Of a DNA stretch of 64,000 nucleotides, positions 10,015 through 19,141 are shown piece by piece. Source of the DNA: Dehalococcoidia bacterium (GTDB lineage Bacteria; Chloroflexota; Dehalococcoidia; UBA2979); the NCBI GenBank assembly GCA_964291495.2, contig OZ219872.1, forward strand, positions 224,001-288,000, in the 5' to 3' direction. Both the position numbers and the translations under genes were made by a program. Within the stretch, counting starts at the first letter, position 1, and each line of letters begins with the position of its first letter. The notes beneath the pieces were generated by a model. It was not told the origin of the DNA. It saw only the letters and a program-made list of their open reading frames with translations, and did not search any database.

Positions 10015-10763
10015 TGTCCGACGAGCCGCTGATCGCCATCGAGGGCGTCTCGCTCGCGTATCGCACGCGCGACTACACGCGGCAGGCGTTGCGCGGGGCC
10101 GGCCTCACGGCGCGGGCAGGCGATATCGTGACCATCGAGGGCCCGCCGGGCGCCGGGAAGACCTCGCTGCTGCGCGTCGCCGCCGGGCTGCTCGAGCCGG
10201 ACGAGGGCACGGTCCGCTTCGAGAGTGAGGACCTGGCCGCGCTGGGGTCCTCGGGGCGGCGCGCGCTGCGCGCGGGTCCGATTGCCGTGCTACTGGAGGG
10301 CGGCGGGTTGCTTCCGACGCTCGCCGTCGCAGAGCAGGTCGACCTCGCGTTGCGCATCGCGGGCCTCGGGAGGCGCGAGCGCGCGGCTCGGCGAGGCGAG
10401 CAGCTCGCGGCGACCGGCATCGCGCACCTCGCCGCGCGCCGTCCTCACGAGCTGACGCCGAGCGAGCGCGCGCTGGCCGCGCTGGCGCGCGCCATGGCGG
10501 TCGAGCCGCGCCTGCTCCTCGCCGACGAGCCCGCCGCCGCGATGGACGCCGAGGCGGTGGCGACGCTGGAGCGGCAACTCGCGCTGCTCACGGCCCGCGG
10601 CGGAGCGGCGCTGCTCACGACGAACATCGAGGCAGCGGGCGCCGTCGCCGCGCATCGGCTCGCCATCGAGGATGGCCGGCTGCGTCCGGCAACCCCGTTC
10701 GCCGAGGCGCCCGGCGCGCTACCCATGACCGGGCCCGCGCCCGGCGGGCAGGCCGCGGGCTAG
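10011..10763 (+). CDS. ABC ATP-binding protein (degenerate signature)
   Basis: Walker A GPPGAGKT, Walker B LLLADEP; start overlaps the previous stop. Confidence 0.8.
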   Translation: MMSDEPLIAIEGVSLAYRTRDYTRQALRGAGLTARAGDIVTIEGPPGAGKTSLLRVAAGLLEPDEGTVRFESEDLAALGSSGRRALRAGPIAVLLEGGGLLPTLAVAEQVDLALRIAGLGRRERAARRGEQLAATGIAHLAARRPHELTPSERALAALARAMAVEPRLLLADEPAAAMDAEAVATLERQLALLTARGGAALLTTNIEAAGAVAAHRLAIEDGRLRPATPFAEAPGALPMTGPAPGGQAAG

Positions 10764-10769
10764 CGCGCG

Positions 10770-11351
10770 ATGACCGCGACCGTGCTGCACCTGGTGGTCG
10801 CGGGCCTGCGTGACGAAGTGGGCGCGGCGGAACGCGACGAGCTCGCCGCGCTCGCCGGCGCGCTCGCCTCCGCCGAGGGCGTGCGGGCCACCCTCGCCGC
10901 CTGCTCCCGACGCGAGCTGATCACGGCGACCTGGCTGGGCTCCGCGGACGACCTCGAGGCGTTCGCCTCATCGGCGCCGCACCTGCGCTTCGTGCTCGAG
11001 GGCGTCGCACGGCACTCCACGGGGATGTGGAGCGCGGCGGCGAGCGTGGACGCCGGGCCGCCGCCCGATCCCGCCGATCTCGCTGCGCTCTGGGCCTTCG
11101 GGCTCCCCGCGGAGCCGCCCGCCTTCGAGTGGCAGGTGCGCGATCTGCTGGCGGAGATCGACGCGCTCCCGGGCCGGGCAGCCGCCGGACCGACCACCGA
11201 GGAGCGCGAGCGCTTCCGCGCCGCGGGCGTCGTCCTCGTAGCCACTGAGCAGTCGCAGCAGTTCGCTCAGGCGCTCGGCGAGGCGCGTTCCTCGTGGGGT
11301 GAGCTCGGCGAGAGCCTGCGCGAGGCGCAGGCCCCGCTGCTCGGCTCGTAG
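10770..11351 (+). CDS. Hypothetical protein, possibly Dabb-like dimeric alpha/beta barrel
   Basis: Co-oriented ORF 6 nt after the ABC operon; N-terminal VLHLVV and a later F.SSAPHL pattern weakly recall Dabb proteins. Confidence 0.5.
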   Translation: MTATVLHLVVAGLRDEVGAAERDELAALAGALASAEGVRATLAACSRRELITATWLGSADDLEAFASSAPHLRFVLEGVARHSTGMWSAAASVDAGPPPDPADLAALWAFGLPAEPPAFEWQVRDLLAEIDALPGRAAAGPTTEERERFRAAGVVLVATEQSQQFAQALGEARSSWGELGESLREAQAPLLGS

Positions 11352-11364
11352 CAGCGCGACGCGC

Positions 11365-12117
11365 TCAGCGCCCGCCCGTCTCGACGAGGCGCAGGAACAG
11401 TGTCCCGTTGTCCCACTGCACGACCTCGTGCGGAGGCTCGACGTGGATCCAGGCGATGCGCGTATCGCGGCCATTGCGCACCTGCAGCCGCCACGTCTCG
11501 AACGAACCGGCAGGCACCTCGATGGTCTGGCGGTCGACCAGCACGAGGCGCGCCGTGACCTGCGACGCATCGCGCGGGTTGACCGAGACGTAGTTCGCCT
11601 CGAAGCCGTCGGCGAGTGCAATCGTGCGCCAGATCCAGAGCGAGGACTGGCTGTCGTAGTGGTGCTCGCGCAGCTTGAGCTCGCGCGTGCGTTCGCTCTC
11701 GCCGCTGCGCTGCGTGACGACGAGCTGCGGCTCGCCGCCCCCGGCCTCGTAGCGCCCCATGTACCACTCGTCGTCCGTGGGCTCGCGCCGCTGGATCGAG
11801 CGCTCGGAGATGCGCGGTTTGAGCGTGGCCGCATCCACGACGACCGTCGCGACGTCGATGATCGGTCGCTCGCCCGAGGGCGTCTCTATCTCCTCGTAGA
11901 TCTGCACGAGCCCGAAGGCATCGTCCTGCGCCGTGGTGGTGAACACGCCGTGGCCGACGACCGCGCCGTCGGCGTCGACCAGCTCGTACACCAGGCGCTC
12001 GCCGTCGGCGAAGGGCACGGAGCGGACGATGTCCTCGGTGTCCCCGCCGCCCGCGCCGCCGCTCGCGCAGGCTGTCCCGAGCACGACCAGCAGCGCCGCG
12101 ACCAAGCGCATCCACAC
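11365..12117 (-). CDS. DUF3108-like lipoprotein
   Basis: Lipobox-like GTAC after a hydrophobic signal; GERLVY and IEVPAGSFETW motifs. Confidence 0.65.
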   Translation of the reverse strand: MWMRLVAALLVVLGTACASGGAGGGDTEDIVRSVPFADGERLVYELVDADGAVVGHGVFTTTAQDDAFGLVQIYEEIETPSGERPIIDVATVVVDAATLKPRISERSIQRREPTDDEWYMGRYEAGGGEPQLVVTQRSGESERTRELKLREHHYDSQSSLWIWRTIALADGFEANYVSVNPRDASQVTARLVLVDRQTIEVPAGSFETWRLQVRNGRDTRIAWIHVEPPHEVVQWDNGTLFLRLVETGGR

Positions 12118-12204
12118 GCAGCTACTCCCAACGCCGAGGCCGGAACGGGCCGCCGTGGAGGCTAGCAGAGGGGACGGTTGAGATCGCCGTGCCGGAGTTG
12201 CGGA

Positions 12205-12654
12205 CTACGTGGTGGGAGCGCTCTCCCAGAGGGACTCGTAGCCCTCGCCGCCGATGATCGCCGAGACGACCTCGGCGCGCTCGGCGGAGCGGACCTCGTC
12301 GAAGACCTCGCCGCAGCGCCGGGCGAGCGCGGCCCCGCCCAGCTCGAACATGCGCTGCTCGAGCCGCTGCCAGAGTCCGGCATCGCGCATCACCTCGATG
12401 TAGCGAGGCCAGCTGAGGACGGTGATCTGGTCCGGCAGCGGAACGCCGGGGCGCAGCTTCTGCAGGTAGCGGTAGCGCTCCTCGGCCGAGGAGACGGGCG
12501 GCACGAGGCGCAGCTGCGGGCTGTCCTCGGCCGACTCGCGTGTGTCCACGAGCAGGCGCTGCGGGATGACGTGGAAGCGGATGATCAGGACGCCGGCCTC
12601 GTCGATGACGCGGCCCATCTCTTCGATGTCGAGTCCGCTGAACTCGCCTGGCAT
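12205..12654 (-). CDS. Hypothetical protein
   Basis: 149-aa ORF with protein-like composition and host-like codon usage. Confidence 0.7.
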   Translation of the reverse strand: MPGEFSGLDIEEMGRVIDEAGVLIIRFHVIPQRLLVDTRESAEDSPQLRLVPPVSSAEERYRYLQKLRPGVPLPDQITVLSWPRYIEVMRDAGLWQRLEQRMFELGGAALARRCGEVFDEVRSAERAEVVSAIIGGEGYESLWESAPTT

Positions 12655-12748
12655 CGCAGGAAGCGTAGCAAACGTCGCGGGGCATTCACAACGGGGGGCG
12701 GCGCGAGGGCGGCGCTCTGGCGTCGTCTGGCCTCGCTTCCGCGGGGCG

Positions 12749-13533
12749 TTATGCCGGGATCTGGTAGGTGCGGTCCAGGTACGGGATGTTGATCAGCCCG
12801 CTCATCTGCAGCCCGAGCGCGATCAGCAGCACTCCCCCGATCCGCGTCGCCGTGTCGAGGTGCTGCTGCACCTGGCCGCCGAGGAACCCGGCGGAAGCGC
12901 CGACGAAGGCGAACACCAGCGTGAAGCCGACGACGAAGACGACCGAGTGGATGAACATCTGCCGCCGCGCCGAGATCGAGCTCCCGGCCAGCTGGAACAC
13001 CTCGCCCGCGAGGTTCGCGAGGTAGACGGGCACGAGCGGCAGCACGCACGGCGAGAGGAACGAGACCATGCCCCGACGAAGGCGATCGCCGGGCCGGCGA
13101 CGCCGTCCGTGCCCTGCGAGAGGTTTTCCTCGGCGCTGGCCGTCTGATCGAAGAGGAAGCCAAACGACTGGAAGTAGGTGTTGAGCCGGCCGAACTCACC
13201 GAGCAGCATCAGCGCGCCGACGACGATGAACAGCGCACCGCTCACTGCCATCAGGCCCGGCATGTACGGCTGCAGCTTCCGCACCCTGGGCGCGAACCAG
13301 CCGAACGCCGCCCCGAAGGCGAGGAACCAGACCCCGAGGCCAAGCGAGTAGAAGACGAGCAGCAGCGCGCCCTGCGCCGCCGTCCCGGATGTCGCCGCGA
13401 GCGTCAGCACCACCCCGAGGATCGGCCCGATGCAGGGCGACCACGCGATCGAGAACGCGGCGCCGATGGCGAACGAGCGCGGGTAGCCGCTGCGGTACCA
13501 GGGAGACGGAGCCGAACCGGCCGCTGCCGTCAT
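12749..13533 (-). CDS. ccdA: Cytochrome c biogenesis CcdA-family protein, circularly permuted, with a 1-nt frameshift at 13071-13074
   Basis: The WSPCIGPIL half precedes the SFLSPCVLPL half. Adding one G to the G4 run gives AIAFVGGMVSFLSPC and a 261-aa ORF. GAGGAG lies upstream of ATG 13533. Confidence 0.8.
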
Positions 13534-13538
13534 TGGCG

Positions 13539-13751
13539 TTACTCCTCTTCTCCGGGGTCGGGAATGCCGAGCAGGCGGCGGCGCGCCATGTCGTAGCGAT
13601 CCTTGGCGGTGGCCTCGCGGTTGAGCAGTCCCTTGAGCTTCGACGGGTGCAACGGCTCGCCCTCGAGCAGTACGGCGTGCACCTGATCGAGCTGCTTGCG
13701 CCAGCCCTCCCAGGCGTTGCGGTAGGCGACCTGCGGCGTCTCCTCGCTCAT
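13539..13751 (-). CDS. Small hypothetical helical protein
   Basis: 70-aa ORF directly upstream of ccdA, typical codon usage. Confidence 0.65.
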   Translation of the reverse strand: MSEETPQVAYRNAWEGWRKQLDQVHAVLLEGEPLHPSKLKGLLNREATAKDRYDMARRRLLGIPDPGEEE

Positions 13752-13823
13752 GGATCCAGTGTATCCGAGACGACGCTTCTGGACGCCCTCGCGATGGGGC
13801 GGATCGCCCGGTCTGGAGCCCAG

Positions 13824-16805
13824 TCAGTCCGGGTTCCCGACAGCGAGAATCGCGAGGATCGGGGCCAGCGCGGTGAACAGGACGGCGACCGGAACGTCGA
13901 GCGGCGAGCGCGCATCGAGGACGGCGTCCCGGCGCCACCAGGTCTGGAGGCGGAGCCGGGTGCGGTCCCACCAGTCGCGCTGCAGGAGGACCGTGAGGCC
14001 GATCGCCAGCAGCAGGAAGCCGGCTGCCGCGAGCATGACCCAGTAGGGAACGACGTCGGTATCGCGGTTGACCCAGAGGAAGCGCAGCGCAACTCCCGAG
14101 AGCGTGACCACCCCCGAGACACCGAGCCAGCGCGCACCCAGCGCCATTGCGATCCCCAGCAGCACGATGCCCTCGATCAGCAGGACCAGGCCCCAGCGGG
14201 CGCCGCCCGGCTCGAAGCCCTGCTCGGCCTGCGGCAACACCAGCAGCGCCGCACCGGCAAGCTGCAGCACCTCGTGCCAGCCGAGGTGCTCCGAGAGCCT
14301 CCCCGAGGTGCGCACGAGCAGTCCAACGAGCGCGAGATAAAGTGCGGCCGGCACGGTGTGGGCCTGCACGTTCGCGGGCTCGAGCGTCGCGATCGCCAGT
14401 TCAAGGGCGACCATGACGAGCGCCGACGCCGGCAGGGAGGCCCAGCGGACGCCGAGCCGCCGCCCCTCGAACTCGACCGCGGCGGCAAGCGGCAGGAGCA
14501 GCGCAATGAGCGTGCGGAACTCCACCAGCGTCGCCGGATTCACATCGATCGTCTCGAGGAGGGAACCGAGCTCCAGCAGCGCCGTGAGCGGACCGAGCAC
14601 GAGGCCCGCCCAGGAGAGCGCCTGCACGGACAGCGCGGCCGGGTCGTCGCCTCGGCGACGCCAGCGGGAAAGCGCGAGGAACGCGCCCGCCCCCGCCAGC
14701 GAGTACGCCACCGCGAGGGTCCAGGTCGGCCAGTCGAACACCGGCCAGAGCGCAGCCGCGCAGCCGAGCACCACGGCGAGCGCGGGCACCGCGAACTCCC
14801 AGCGCCGCAAGCGCCACGCCTCGTACGCGAACAGCGGCGCGAACAGCAGCACGACCAGCACCAGCGCGCGGTACTCGGCGGTGCCGGGCGCCTCGATGCC
14901 CGCGCCCTCGATCCGGGCCTCGAGGGCGATCGCGGCGGCGAGGACGGCTGCGGCAGGGATCAGCCAGGAGAGCGCCTGCACGGCCAGCGAGGTCTCGGCT
15001 CCGGGCGGCTCGGGCGCCTCGTAGCGGCGGAGCGGCGTGAGCGCGCCGAAGAGCGGGAGGGCGACCGCCGCGTAGAGCACGGGGAGCCGCCACCACGGCC
15101 ACGCCTGCGCCTCCCAGAGCGCCGCGAGCGCGAGCATGGCCAGCGCAGCGCCGACAGCCGCGAGACTCCAGCGCCGCAGCAGCACGAAGGCGGCGAGCAG
15201 GTGCGCGGCGGGCAGCGCGAGCAGCACGGCGTCGTGACCCGCGAAGGGATCCACCGGCTGGATCGAGATGCCGGTCGCGAGCAGCAGGAGCGGGAGGATC
15301 GCCCAGAGCAGGTCCGGTGAGCGCCGGGCGGTGGCGACGAGCGCTGCCGTCAACAGGGCGGCGACGGCAGCGAAGGCCCAGCCGGTGTCCGGACGGGCGA
15401 CCTCGAGCGCGCGCTGCGCGAAGCCGAGAGCGGCCAGCGCCGCGATGAAGCCGATCCACACGAACGCGATGCGCTCCGCCGGGTGCGTGGTGGACCGGCG
15501 GTCCCAGTCCGGCGCGAACACGCCGTCGCCGGTGTTGCGCCAGGCGGCGGCTGCCGCCAGCACGGCGGCCGCGAGGAAGGCGGCCGCGGCGCCCCAACTG
15601 TTGCCGTCGAGATGGGTCTCCGTGAGCAGGAACGGCGACAGCAGGCCAGCGGCAGCGAGGAGCCACGAACCGCGCGAGAGCTGCGCGCTCCAGCCGCTCC
15701 AGAGATCGCGGCTGAGCAGCAGCAACGCCACGGCGGCCAGCGGCGGCGCGCTGAACCACTGCGCGGGCAACTCGGCTGCCCACACCCCGGCAAGACCGAC
15801 CACGGAGGCAAGCACCACCACCGCGAGGAGCACGAGCGGCTGGCGCAGTGACCAGCCGGCAACGGCCACCAGCGCCAGCAGCAGCGCGCACGTGGCCGGG
15901 AGCTGCCAGCGGTGCTCGGTGGAGGCGTCGAAGGTGACGATGAGGATCGCGAACAGGAGCGCGAGCGCGGCGATCACGGCGACCGGCGCTGCCGTGGCGA
16001 CGCTCCAGCGGCGCGTATACGAGAGCGCGATGGCGGCGGCGAGTGCGAACGCCATCCACCAAGCCCCACCCCACTCGAGCGGCAGCCCAACGGCGACCGC
16101 GAGCGATCCCCAGCCGTTCAGCAGCGCGATCGCGGCGGGGATGAGGTAGAGCCGCCCGTGGCCGCGGGCAAACAGGAACGAGTAGAAGGCCGTGCTGTAG
16201 ACGGATGCCGCGAACCAGACCACCGCGCCGGAAACATCGCGGTCGCCGAGAACCTCGTTGTGAAGCAGCAGGAAGTTGAGCGGCGTCAGCAGCGCACCGA
16301 TCGCGAGGAACGCCGGGCCTGCCTCGCGCACCCTCGGCCAGCGCTGGAGCAGCGCTCCGGCGGCGATGAAGGCGGCCGTGTAGAGGGCGAGCAGCACCAC
16401 GCGCCAGCCGCCGGACAGGGCATCGTCCTGGCTCGATGCGAAGATCAGCGCGGACATGACCAGCAGGAACGCGCCGAGGTAGAGCAGGATGTCCGCTTGC
16501 CGGCGCGCGGCCCACTCGCCGATGGACGGCGCGGGCGGGCGCCGGGACGGCGCCGGCGGATCGGGAGACTCGAGGACGCGCGCCTCCGCGCTGTCAGGCG
16601 CTGCGGCAGTGGGCTCGCCCGGCGCATCGGACGGCGCCGCTGCCGGAAGCAGCTCGGCGCGGCGCCGTTCGTAATAGCCCCTCAGCCGCTCGAACGAGGC
16701 GGCGTCGAGCAGGCCTCCCGCACGCCAGACGTCGATCTCGTCGAGCAGCGCCGCTATCGACTCGGGCGTCTGGCCGATGGCGTTGGTGTCCTGGGGTTCG
16801 GAGAT
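13824..16805 (-). CDS. Large polytopic membrane protein (DUF2157/SCO7613-like); probable non-canonical start
   Basis: More than 20 hydrophobic segments. The frame stays open upstream of Met at 16457 to a stop at 16830-16832 and encodes LLDEIDVWRAGGLLD..FERLRGYY. GGAGGT sits 6 nt before an in-frame ATC at 16805. Confidence 0.7.
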   Translation of the reverse strand: MSEPQDTNAIGQTPESIAALLDEIDVWRAGGLLDAASFERLRGYYERRRAELLPAAAPSDAPGEPTAAAPDSAEARVLESPDPPAPSRRPPAPSIGEWAARRQADILLYLGAFLLVMSALIFASSQDDALSGGWRVVLLALYTAAFIAAGALLQRWPRVREAGPAFLAIGALLTPLNFLLLHNEVLGDRDVSGAVVWFAASVYSTAFYSFLFARGHGRLYLIPAAIALLNGWGSLAVAVGLPLEWGGAWWMAFALAAAIALSYTRRWSVATAAPVAVIAALALLFAILIVTFDASTEHRWQLPATCALLLALVAVAGWSLRQPLVLLAVVVLASVVGLAGVWAAELPAQWFSAPPLAAVALLLLSRDLWSGWSAQLSRGSWLLAAAGLLSPFLLTETHLDGNSWGAAAAFLAAAVLAAAAAWRNTGDGVFAPDWDRRSTTHPAERIAFVWIGFIAALAALGFAQRALEVARPDTGWAFAAVAALLTAALVATARRSPDLLWAILPLLLLATGISIQPVDPFAGHDAVLLALPAAHLLAAFVLLRRWSLAAVGAALAMLALAALWEAQAWPWWRLPVLYAAVALPLFGALTPLRRYEAPEPPGAETSLAVQALSWLIPAAAVLAAAIALEARIEGAGIEAPGTAEYRALVLVVLLFAPLFAYEAWRLRRWEFAVPALAVVLGCAAALWPVFDWPTWTLAVAYSLAGAGAFLALSRWRRRGDDPAALSVQALSWAGLVLGPLTALLELGSLLETIDVNPATLVEFRTLIALLLPLAAAVEFEGRRLGVRWASLPASALVMVALELAIATLEPANVQAHTVPAALYLALVGLLVRTSGRLSEHLGWHEVLQLAGAALLVLPQAEQGFEPGGARWGLVLLIEGIVLLGIAMALGARWLGVSGVVTLSGVALRFLWVNRDTDVVPYWVMLAAAGFLLLAIGLTVLLQRDWWDRTRLRLQTWWRRDAVLDARSPLDVPVAVLFTALAPILAILAVGNPD

Positions 16806-16911
16806 CGGGCCACCTCCAGAAGGGTGCGCCTACTGGATCGCGCCGGCCCCCGCCGATCACTCTACCCGATGCGCGACCTCGTATGATCCCCGAAGCCGGG
16901 AGGGAGCCACC

Positions 16912-17250
16912 ATGGCCTACGACGAGACGCTCGCCGAGCGCGTGCGCGAGTTGCTTGCCGACCTCGTCGACCCCGCCGAGGTGCGCGAGCAGCGCATGTT
17001 CGGCGGCGTCGCCTTCATGGTGCGCGGCAACATGTGCTGCGGCGTGCACGGCTCCGAGCTGATCGCGCGGCTCTCTCCCGAGGACGGCGAGAGCGCCCTC
17101 GGCGAGCCGTTCGTGCGGCCGATGGACATGACCGGTCGCCCGATGCGCGGCTGGCTGTTCGTTGGCCCGGCGACGGACTTCGAAGAGGAGCGGCTCGAGG
17201 GCTGGCTGCGCCGTTGCCTCGACCACTGCCTCACGCTCAAGCCGAAGTAG
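16912..17250 (+). CDS. TfoX/Sxy N-terminal domain protein
   Basis: MAYDE.LAERVR, MFGG.AFM..GNMCCGV, and TGRPM.GW motifs. Confidence 0.9.
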   Translation: MAYDETLAERVRELLADLVDPAEVREQRMFGGVAFMVRGNMCCGVHGSELIARLSPEDGESALGEPFVRPMDMTGRPMRGWLFVGPATDFEEERLEGWLRRCLDHCLTLKPK

Positions 17251-17403
17251 CGCCGCGCACGGACCCGCCCTCGATACGTCTGCGTGTTGTGAGCAGCGCC
17301 CGCTCCGGTGTAGAACGGGAGGGAGCGGCAGGGGTGCGCCGGCAGGGCGCACGGCGCGCAGCCGCGCCCCCGCACGCCGCGCCAGCAGCGAAGGAGCAGC
17401 CCG

Positions 17404-19101
17404 ATGACCACAGTCGCCGCCGCCACCACGCGGGTCTACGACCCGACCGGCCACCCGCGCATCATCCCCGTCCAGGCGGCCCCGCGGCCGCAGAGCCTCG
17501 AGGGCCTGCGACCGGGCATCCTGACGAACCGCAAGATGAATGCCCGCGCCCTGCTGGAGGCGATGATGGGCGAGGTCGCCGGCGCGGTCTCGCTCGCCTT
17601 GGCGCCGGTCGTGGAGAGCAAGCCGTCCAACGGCCCGCCCATCCAGCGCATCGTCGACAGCATGAAGGAGAACGCCGACTTCGCCTTAGTCGGGACAAGC
17701 GACTGAGGGTCCTGCACCGCGTGGAGTGTCCACGCCGCCATCGTCCTCGAAGAGCTCGGTATCCCGACCGTCAACGTCACCACGCCCGCCTTCGTCGATC
17801 TGCTGCACCTGGAGGCTGAGCAGCGCGGCCTGAAGGATCTGCGCTACGTCGTCGTCTCGCACCCGATCGGCGGGCTGCACGCCGACGCGATGGGCCCGAA
17901 GGCGCAGGCCGTGACCGGCGAGCTGATCGAGGCCTTCACCAAGCCCTACGCCAGCGATAACGGCGCCAGCACTAACGGCGCGGGGGGCGCCGTGGTAGCG
18001 ACCGACCTCGGGCGCGAGAGCGTGATGGTCGAGCTGCCCGCCGACGAGCAGGCGCTGCGTCGCGAGTTCGCGCGCCGCACCTGGTCCGACGGCCTGCCCG
18101 TGATCGCGCCCACCGAGGAGCGCGTCGAGGCGATGCTCGAGTACTGCGACCGCGACCCGCTCGAGGTGCTCGGCGTGATCGCGCCGCGGCGCGGCGAGGC
18201 GACGGTCCAGGCGACCGCCGTCTGCGCCGTGATGGCCGGCTGCGAGCCTCGGATGTTCCCGGCGCTCGTCGCCGCCGTGCAGGGCATCGGCCGCGAGGAG
18301 TTCAACGTCAGCGGCGTCAACGCCACGACGCACCCGAACACGGTGATGATGCTGCTCAACGGCCCGATCGCCCGCGAGATCGGCGCGCACGGCGGGATGG
18401 GCTGCTTCGGCCCGACCTTCGAGACCAACGCCACCCTCGGGCGCGCGCTGCGCTTGGTGCAGCTCAACATCGGCGGGGCCACGCCCGGCCTCGGCGACCG
18501 CGCCACGCAGGGGACGCCCGCCAAGTTCACCTTCTGCTTCGCGGAGAACGAGGCAGAGAGCCCCTGGGCGCCGTTCCAGACCACGCGCGGATTCAGCGCC
18601 GAGGAGAGCACCGTCACGGTGTATGCCTGCGAGGCGCCGCACAATATCGAGGACCACGGCAGCAACACCGGCCTCGGCATCATGCAGACGGTCGTCGGCT
18701 CGATGGGCCAGGCGGGCAGCAACAACATCCTCGCGAGGGGTGACACGCTGCTGGCGCTGACGCCGGAGCACGCCGCGGTGCTCGCCGGCGACGGCTGGGA
18801 CCGCGAGAAGATGCGGGAGCACATCTTCGAGCTGGCCCGCTTCCCCGCCGACCACCTGTCCGTCGAGTTCATCGACCACATCAACGAGCGCATCGATCCG
18901 GACACACCGACGTTCCTGAAGGACTCGCGGCTGCCGATCGCGGCGAACCGCGAGTCGATTCACATCATCGTCGCGGGCGGTCCGGGCAAGCACTCGTCGT
19001 GGATGCCCGGCTTCGGCGACATGTCGCTCCCGCAGACGGTGGCGATCACCAACCGCGACGGCGAGCCCGTGCGCAGCATCGAGGAGCTGCGGCGGGGCTA
19101 G
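17404..19101 (+). CDS. UGSC-family selenoprotein fused to a downstream conserved domain (565 aa; Sec at TGA 17704-17706)
   Basis: VGTSD-TGA-GSCTAWSVH...LE.LGIPTV; read-through is in frame with ORF 17890-19101 (WSDGLPVIAPTEERVEAML, NATTH, NATLGRA). Confidence 0.85.
17719..17735 (+). promoter_or_regulatory. Candidate bacterial SECIS hairpin
   Basis: GCGTGGA-GTG-TCCACGC, a perfect 7-bp stem starting 12 nt after the UGA, with G first in the apical loop. Confidence 0.7.
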
Positions 19102-19141
19102 CCGCAACGGGCGCGGGCGCGCCCCCCGGGACGGAGGCCGC

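Noticed and set aside
17404-17706. Stand-alone 100-aa gene plus a separate 403-aa gene
   Set aside because: Better explained as one UGA read-through ORF, given the UGSC motif, the in-frame continuation and the hairpin.
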